Positions 55,373 through 64,000 of a stretch of DNA of 64,000 nucleotides are shown in pieces. The position numbers were made by a program, and so were the translations under genes. The stretch's first letter is position 1; each line of letters begins with the position of its first letter. The notes beneath the pieces were generated by a model. It was given only the letters and a program-made list of their open reading frames with translations. It was not told the DNA's origin and ran no database searches. The DNA comes from Octopus vulgaris (taxonomy: Eukaryota), in contig OX597823.1 in assembly GCA_951406725.2 (NCBI GenBank), forward strand, positions 29,760,001 to 29,824,000, given 5' to 3'.

Positions 55373-55632
55373 TTGGTTGGTCCGGTATCTTTGATAGGAG
55401 TTCATCCAATGCTTTTTTGAAAGTTTCAGTAGAGGTTCCTTTTATATTTCTAATCTCTTTGGGTGAGCAGTTGAGTACTTGAGGATCTCTGGATATTAGA
55501 CTAGTACAGTAGAGTGGTTTTGCTCGTGAGTTTCAAGATGGTATATTTGGAAGCTGACAGTACCTACCAGTTCGAGCATTAAAATTCGCTTTAATGCCGA
55601 TGTTACAAACATGCTCTTCCAGGATCTTCGGG
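55373..55632 (-). pseudogene. CR1-group LINE ORF2 C-terminal remnant
   Basis: KILEEHVCNIGIKANFNARTGRYC...RDPQVLNCSPKEIRNIKGTSTETFKKALDELLSKIPDQP. Confidence 0.7.
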
Positions 55633-56695
55633 TTTTCTCAACGAAGAACTAAACCATGCCATATTCGCGAGGGCTTTCAACGATTTTTCAGTTTCCTTGC
55701 AATCATGAATTCGACTTTCCTGAGTACAAATAAATCTATCGAATGTGTTTATGCAGCACAGTTCTAACACCGAAATTCTTTCACGATGACTCATTGATTT
55801 TTCCGGGGTCATCATCGATAATATTTTAAACATGGTAAAGGAATTACTGTATCCTTATGAGAAAAATAAAAGGGTTAGAATGTTTTATTCTTTTTTCCGT
55901 CTTTATTACAGTGAAGACATTTCCGCCAGACGTTTCGAATTCCATCCAAACTTTGTGAGCAAAAGACCTTGCGACATTTAGAAAGCTGCCTGTTGCTAAA
56001 TCACTGTCCACCCACATATGGCAACAATGACTGCATAGCTTCTCATTTCTTGCACTAGCATTCTATCTGCCATGGGTTTCTCAGAAGAACAAAAGTCGTT
56101 TAATTGGTTATGCTAACAACCTAGTGTCCGCAAATACTCCTCGTATCCTGTTATATAGCGTGGCTCTGCGGTAAGGAGTTTCCTTCTCAGCAATATAGTT
56201 CCGCATATATATACACACATTAACATATATATGTATATATGTATGCATGCGTGTGTGTGTGTGAAGGCGCGTGGCATAGTGGTTAGGCTGTTCCATTCAC
56301 AATCACTAAATCGTATGTTCGAATCCCTGACTGGGCAGTGCGCTGTGTTCTTGAGCAAAACACTTCGTTTCACGTTGCTCTAGCCTTCCTTTCGATGTTA
56401 GTATGTATGTATGTATGTATGTATGTATGTATGTATGTATGTATGTATGTATGTATGTATGTATGTATGTATGATGCATATACCGTATTTGATAGTGTAT
56501 AAGAGTCACAAGTCCTGTATGTGAAGTTGGGCCTTCCATAAACTTCAATGCACTGAAAACTTTCTCTCGGGAATATGCGCTGCTGAAATTGGGTGCGTTT
56601 AATGTGCCCGCGCGTCTTTTAGGCCATCAGTTACGGTATATACATGCATACACACATACATATATACATACATACACACATATATGCATACATAC

Positions 56696-56858
<163 letters not shown>

Positions 56859-56950
56859 CATATAAATATATATACATATATATATACGCACACATACATA
56901 CATACATACATACATACATAAAATATATATACATATATATATATACGCAC

Positions 56951-57010
<60 letters not shown>

Positions 57011-57452
57011 CGTATACACATATTCATAATTCAAAGACTTTATATAGTCGTGTGTATGTATATATATGCGTATGTACGCATGTATGTACGTATATATGCG
57101 CGTATGTACGTATGCATGTACGTGTATATGTGTGCATGTGCGTATGTATGTATATAACTATTGGGGGTATCTATGCATCTATGCGTGTGTACGGTGGCAA
57201 CCTATTACATTGTACATTCACCACAGATATGTTTTTTACATTAAGATTTTTACGACCCACGCTCTCACATGACGAGGGAAGATTGCACCGTAAAGGAAAA
57301 GAACAACGGGGAGAATGATGAGGAGGGGGGAAGCAGAAGGGGGTTAACTACATGCCTTGTCTTTATATTGTTTTGAATAATTGACTTGCAACTTCTGTCT
57401 CTGATGTCAACACAAGTGCAGTTCGCTTTTCTTTTGCATTTCTTTATTATTA

Positions 57453-57516
<64 letters not shown>

Positions 57517-57889
57517 CATTATTATTATTATTGTTGTTTTTTTTTGCTTTTCGCCTTCAGTTTGTATGCGCCCCGCACATATATATAGACGCACCTACGC
57601 ATACATACCCACGTATATACATATGAATGTACATAAGTGCACCCATGCAAACATAACTCACATACATCAGTATATAGGGTTTAAATGTATGTAAATATAC
57701 GCATACGTATTCATGTTTATACGCATAAGCCCATGCGAACATATACACATAAATCTACGCGCACATGTATACATGTTTTAATTATATGTAAATATATGCA
57801 TCTACAACCATGTACATTCACAAGGACATGTACACAAATAAATGCACACAAGAATTAAGGGCTTAGATATATGTAAATATAGACAAAGT

Positions 57890-58096
57890 ACAAATACACG
57901 CACGCACACACACATACACACACGCACCCACACACATACACACACGCGCGCACACGAAAACACACATACGCATACATATACGCACATACACACACATACA
58001 CATACACACACGCACACAAACGAATACACACATACACACACATACGCATACATATACACACATGCACACACATACACACGCACATACACACACACA

Positions 58097-58128
<32 letters not shown>

Positions 58129-58380
58129 GACACACAGACACACACATATACACACACACATGCACATATATACACACTTACACACACATACACACACATA
58201 CACAGACACACACACATATACACACACATGCACATATATACACACTTACATACACATACACACACATACACACACATACACACATACACACACATACACA
58301 CACATATACACACATATACACACACACACATACACATATATACACACTCACACACATATACACACACATATACACACACT
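57890..58380. repeat. Degenerate (CA)n/(CATA)n array
   Basis: Direct reading. Confidence 0.95.
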
Positions 58381-58479
58381 TATATACAAGTGTATGATAA
58401 TTAAGTAGATGTAAATAAACATACATGCAATTGCGGGGGTTGTTAGTTTCAAATCCGGCGTACTTTCATCTTGCACCGT

Positions 58480-58910
58480 ATTTACTTGAAAGCTCTCTCT
58501 TTGGTTTCCCAAATTGTAAGCAAATTCCTTTGGTCCCTCCCCAAGAGAGTCTCAAACAACTTTGCAAAAACCTCTCATCAACCACTCCTCAACAAACCTC
58601 TAGTTCTGTAAGTATTTATTTTGCAAAAAACGTGCCTCAATCGTTACGCATATGACTTCCTTTTCTGACTCCAGATTTCGTGCACAAGTTAAATCGCCTC
58701 CAGAGTCGTCTTTTTCCACTCCACACATCTCATCACCACCGCGTAGACAGAGAGTCACCGAGTGCAATACTCTCAGTTCACTCCCAAATCTAACAAAGAG
58801 CATTGTTCTGTCGATGTGTGTCATCTTATTATCCTCAAACAGTAAGCACCAAAGTTATGTTATTATCGTTGATATTAGCGAAGCCTTCGACCTTGTTTTT
58901 CGTGAAAATT
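58480..58910 (+). pseudogene. Decayed LINE RT remnant
   Basis: VIIVDISEAFDLV matches the DxSKAFDxV RT motif. Confidence 0.5.
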
Positions 58911-58912
58911 TC

Positions 58913-58963
<51 letters not shown>

Positions 58964-59065
58964 ATATGTACATAATTATAGACATAGATTTATAGAATTA
59001 TATACCTATATATATATATATACTTAAATACTCCGGGTAGGCTGTAGATATTGATATCGTAAATT

Positions 59066-59600
59066 CTTTTCTACTCTAGACGAAATTTTTGGGCGGGCAG
59101 TCGATTAGATAGACCCCAGTACGCAACTGGTACTTAATTTATCGACCCCGAAAAGATGAAAGGCAAAGTCAGACGAAATACTTATTTCTATACTACTCAC
59201 AAGGGGCTAAACACAGAGGAGACAAACAAGGATAGACAAACGGATTAAGTCGATTATATCGACCCTAATGCGAAACTGGTACTTATTTAATCGACCCCAA
59301 AAGGATGAAAGGCAAAGTCGACCTCGGCGGAATTTGAACTCAGAACGTAGCGGCAGACGAAATACCTATTTCTGTACTACCCACAAGGGGCTAAACACAG
59401 ATAGGACAAACAAGGACAGACAAACGGATTAAGTCGATTATATCGACCCCAGTGCGTAACTGGTACTTAATTTATCGACCCTGAAAGGATGAAAGGCAAA
59501 GTCGACCTCGGCGGAATTTGAACTCAGAACGTAACGGCAGACGAAATACCGCTAAGGATTTCGCCCTTCGTGCTAACGATCCTGCCAGCTCCCCACGTCT
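59066..59600 (-). mobile_element. SINE family C trimer
   Basis: Three head-to-tail units; tattgatatcgtaaatt duplicated on both sides. Confidence 0.88.
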
Positions 59601-59940
59601 TAGATATTGGTATTGATATCGTAAATTGTGAACAAAAGGGTCTACGTCTATGAGATAATATTCTTTATTCTTTTATTGTTTCATTTGTTTCGGTCAATTG
59701 ACTACGGCCATTCTGAAGCATCGCCTTTAGTCAAACAAATCGACACTAGGACTTATTCTTTGTAAGCCTAGTACTTATTGTATCCGTAACTTTTGCCGAA
59801 TCGCTAAATTACAGGGACATAAACACTCCAATATCGATTGTCAGGCGATGGTGGGTGAACAAAAACAGACGCAAACATACATACATATATATGAATATAT
59901 CAATGGCCAAACAAGTTATCATAAAATACATAGAAGAAGA

Positions 59941-60749
59941 ATGTTTATAATTATGAACAAATCACAATTATAACTAAAAGGGCTTCAAAACCCTTACATG
60001 TTAAAAATAGCAGCCAAAACCACTATAAAGCCATTTAAATCACTCATATTATTTCTCTTCACGATAAAAGCTGTCTGCGGGCGACATGGCAAATAGAATC
60101 CATAACTTGAAAATAACAGGTTAATTCCCTATTGCAATTTCGTCGTTAGAGACCTATTAAGGGATCCATTCGTCTCATCAGGGGAATATTCCTGTAGATA
60201 GAAATCAAAACAAGACCTTACTTTGGGGCTAACGTGTATCTCGACCGGCAAGAGAATAGTTAATTGTTTATAATATATCCTCCGTAATGTATTTATACAT
60301 TACTTTCTAATTATTTTACTTTCCTAACTCATATCCGGTGATTTTGCGGTGATTCGAATTTACCGGTCTTTTGACATAAACGCTGTGCATGGCATTTGAA
60401 TTCATAACTTGAAGTTGTAGATAGAGGTTGACACATTTCTATTGCCGGTCGGGATTCATGCTAGCCCCAAGTTAGGGTCTTATTTTGATCTCTATCTACA
60501 GGAATATTCCTCTGACGAGACAAATAGATCCCTTAATAGGTCCCTAATTTTTGAAAGTGAAATAGGGAATTAACCAGTTATTTTCAAGTTATGGATTCTA
60601 TTTCTCATGTCGCCTGCAGACAGCTTTTATCGCGAAGAGAAATAATATGGGTGATTTAAATGGCTTTATAGTAGTTTTGACTGCTATATCTAAACATGCA
60701 AGAGATTTGAAACCTTCTTAGTTTTAATTGTGACGTGTTCATGATTATA

Positions 60750-60754
<5 letters not shown>
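59941..60754. mobile_element. PLE-like element with ~315-bp diverged inverted arms (59941-60256 / 60437-60754)
   Basis: Arms are reverse-complementary with scattered substitutions; each holds an HHR motif. Confidence 0.8.
60124..60187 (-). ncRNA. Type-I hammerhead (decayed mirror at 60506-60570, +)
   Basis: attccc-CTGATGA-gacg[...]cgac-GAAA-ttgcaa-TA-gggaat. Confidence 0.72.
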
Positions 60755-60837
<83 letters not shown>

Positions 60838-61361
60838 ACAACGGTCTTCTTTCAGTTTCAGTCAATCAAACCCACTCACAAGGCTTTGGTCGGCTCGAGA
60901 CTATTGTAGAAAACACTTGCACAAGGTGCCACGCAGTGTGACTGAACCTGGAACCATGTGGTTGGTAAACAAGATTCTTACCACACAGTCACGCCTGCGC
61001 CTATATAAAAAAATACATTGGCAATTTAAAATATTTACTTTCATATATGAATCTTGTATATGTGTGTGTGTGTGTGCTTGTGTGTGTGCGGGCGAGCGTC
61101 CGTACCCGATTGGTTAAGGATTTCATTTCGTAACCACCAGATCGTAGGTGAGAATCCTTTGCATTCCATTCAAAGCAAGTATATTTCCGTTCAACCCCGG
61201 GTGGCTCTATACCTTGTGAGTGAAATCAGTGAGACGGAATCTGTGTAGAATCCCATCGGCTGGATTGTATCTGTAACTCAAAGTGACTGTCATGTCACAT
61301 GGAACGTCACGCTTATTCTGCCTGTATGCAGAATATATGTTAATATATCTTTTTTTTTCTT

Positions 61362-61582
61362 TGCACTCCGTCGGTTACGACGATGAGGTTCGGTGATCCG
61401 ATCAACGGAACAGCCTGCTCATGAAATTAACGTGTAAGTGGCTGAGCACTCCACAGACACGTGTACCCTAACGTAGTTCTCGTATTCAGCGTGACACAGA
61501 GAGTGACAGGCCGGCCCTTGAAATGGTACAACAGAAACAGTAAGAGTGTGTGGTGAAAGAGTGTGGGCCATTGCGCCTCCAC
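61362..61582 (-). mobile_element. SINE family B with internal deletions
   Basis: Retains both ends (gtggaggcgcaatggccc ... gacggagtgc). Confidence 0.85.
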
Positions 61583-61775
61583 ATGTTAATATATACATGC
61601 GCGCGCGCGCGCGCGCGCGCGCGGTGTGTGTGTGTGTGTGTGTGTGTGCATGTGTGTTTACATATCATTATTATTAATTATTTGCAGAATTCATTTGAAT
61701 AAAAGTACTTTAATTGTAAGGACACCAAGTTAGGGTCACCAAAATGAGGGGCTCAACACACAATCAATATTCTGA

Positions 61776-62178
61776 AAGGCGGCGAGCTGGCAGAAACGTT
61801 AGCTCGCCGGGCGAAATGCGTAGCCGTATTTCGCCTGCCGTTAAGTTCTGAGTTCAAATTCCGTCGAGGTCGACTTTGCCTTTCATCCTTTCGGGGTCGA
61901 TAAATTAAGTGACATTTACACACTGGGGTCGATATAATTTTAATCCGTTTGTCTGTCCTTGTTTGTCCTCTCTGTGTTTAGCCCCTTGTGGGTAGTAAAG
62001 AAATAGGTATTTCGTCTGTCGCTACGTTTTGAGTTCAAATTCCGCCGAGGTCGACTTTGCCTTTCTTCCTTTCGGGGTCGATAAATTACGCATTGGGGTC
62101 GATCTAATCGACTTAATCCGTTTGTCTGTCCTTGTTTGTCCCCTCAATATTTAGCTCCTTGTGGGCAATAAAGAAATA
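61776..62178 (+). mobile_element. SINE family C dimer
   Basis: 16-bp TSD acaatcaatattctga flanks the whole dimer. Confidence 0.93.
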
Positions 62179-62240
62179 ACAATCAATATTCTGATATTAT
62201 TTTTTTCTGAGCCAAATTTTAAACTTTAAACTTTAAAATT

Positions 62241-62890
<650 letters not shown>

Positions 62891-62992
62891 TTTTAAAATT
62901 ATAATTCTTTTTTTTTTGTGTAATTGGTTTATTCATCAATAGAAACGCTTCTGAAACAGCTGTTGAAAACATTAACCCACTTGCGTTCACTT

Positions 62993-63026
<34 letters not shown>

Positions 63027-64000
63027 CGTATGTGAGTGTGTGTATGTGTGTATGTATGTGTGCGTGTGCGTGCGCGTATATATATATCTGTATGTGTATA
63101 TATGCCGACATGCATAATATGCATATAATATATAATTAATTATAAGTAAATATATATTTTTTGTCACAATATTTTCATTGCACAATTTTGCCTAATTCAT
63201 GGAAATGGAAGCCGAATATTTAGCCATCATGTGTGTCACATGATAGCCGTGGATAAATTTTTAAAATTTTGAAATATTCGTGGGAAGTGATGTTCTTAGT
63301 GCAACAGTTCTGTTTTATTTTTTATTTTCGAATTTACCAGCAAATGAAATAAAATTGTGTTAGGAGATCATTATGGTTTTCTTGAGGCAGTTTGATAAAG
63401 AATGAAAAATAACAGCGAAGACGGAGAGCTCCTTACAATGCCAAAAGGGAAAAGTTTTAATAATCTTTATTCTCAGGGCCAGTACTATACAGACTCATAG
63501 TTGTCTGCCCTTTTTTTTATACCTAAGGACCCTTTTGATTCTTGTTTTACCCAGATGAATCCTCATAACCATTCGATGTTCAAGGATGAAATATATAAAC
63601 GAATAAAAGAATATATTTATGCCTAAATATTATTAGGAATTGTATAAAATATTTTGTGTATTGTAGAATTATGACTAATTTTATTGTAGATAAATTTAAA
63701 CAACAAAATCTCAAAAAGACCCCCAATGATCATATGAAGCACGGTTGAGAATCGCTGATATAGACATTTCTTGACTGTTAATTTCTGATGATGAGCCTTT
63801 GTGCTCGAAATATTTTAATATTAGGAGACTTTTTTTCTTTTCACAATGTAAGAAACTCTGCGTCTTCACAATTCTATTATTTTACTTAAAATTGTCTTAG
63901 TTTTACAAAGATGACCGATCCGTTATATTTGTTCCGCAGAAGAATCATTCTCTGTTTTAGGTTTGATATCCCATTAATTTTGTTGTGTGGATTTTGCTAG

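Larger units (their letters stand above)
59665..61003 (-). mobile_element. SINE family A split by an inverted-repeat HHR element
   Basis: 3' half at 59665-59880, 5' half at 60838-61003. Confidence 0.78.

Noticed and set aside
55603-55833. 76-aa ORF with ordinary composition
   Set aside because: No motif, and its end overlaps a LINE remnant in another frame.
63781-63820. CTGATGA-t-gagc/gctc-GAAA-tatt motif
   Set aside because: Core and stem II are present but stem I does not pair convincingly, so it is not counted as an HHR.

Overview
AT-rich, microsatellite-dense eukaryotic non-coding DNA (intronic or intergenic). It is most likely from a coleoid cephalopod such as Octopus; this is inferred from the repeat landscape and is not provable from the window. 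I see no intact host gene, only two weak candidate micro-exons near 13-14 kb. Nearly all ORFs in the track are simple-repeat artefacts. The real content is: (i) at least four tRNA-derived SINE families, many with clear target-site duplications; (ii) truncated non-LTR retrotransposons (R4/Dong-type sitting in (TAA)n arrays, RTE/BovB-like, CR1/Jockey-group remnants); (iii) a decayed Tc1/mariner; (iv) non-autonomous Helitrons; (v) a young Penelope-like element (GIY-YIG, Neptune-type) with ~850-bp inverted arms. The main hidden signal is about 16 minimal type-I hammerhead ribozyme (HHR) motifs from about 10 repeat families, all read by eye. They include compensatory U3-A8 and G3-C8 core variants and family-specific palindromic stem-III sequences. 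One family joins a tRNA-like Pol III head, an (AAT)n tract and an HHR tail, and in one case shows Penelope-style inverted architecture, making it a candidate Penelope-mobilised ribozyme SINE. Coordinates were counted by hand and may be off by a few bases.
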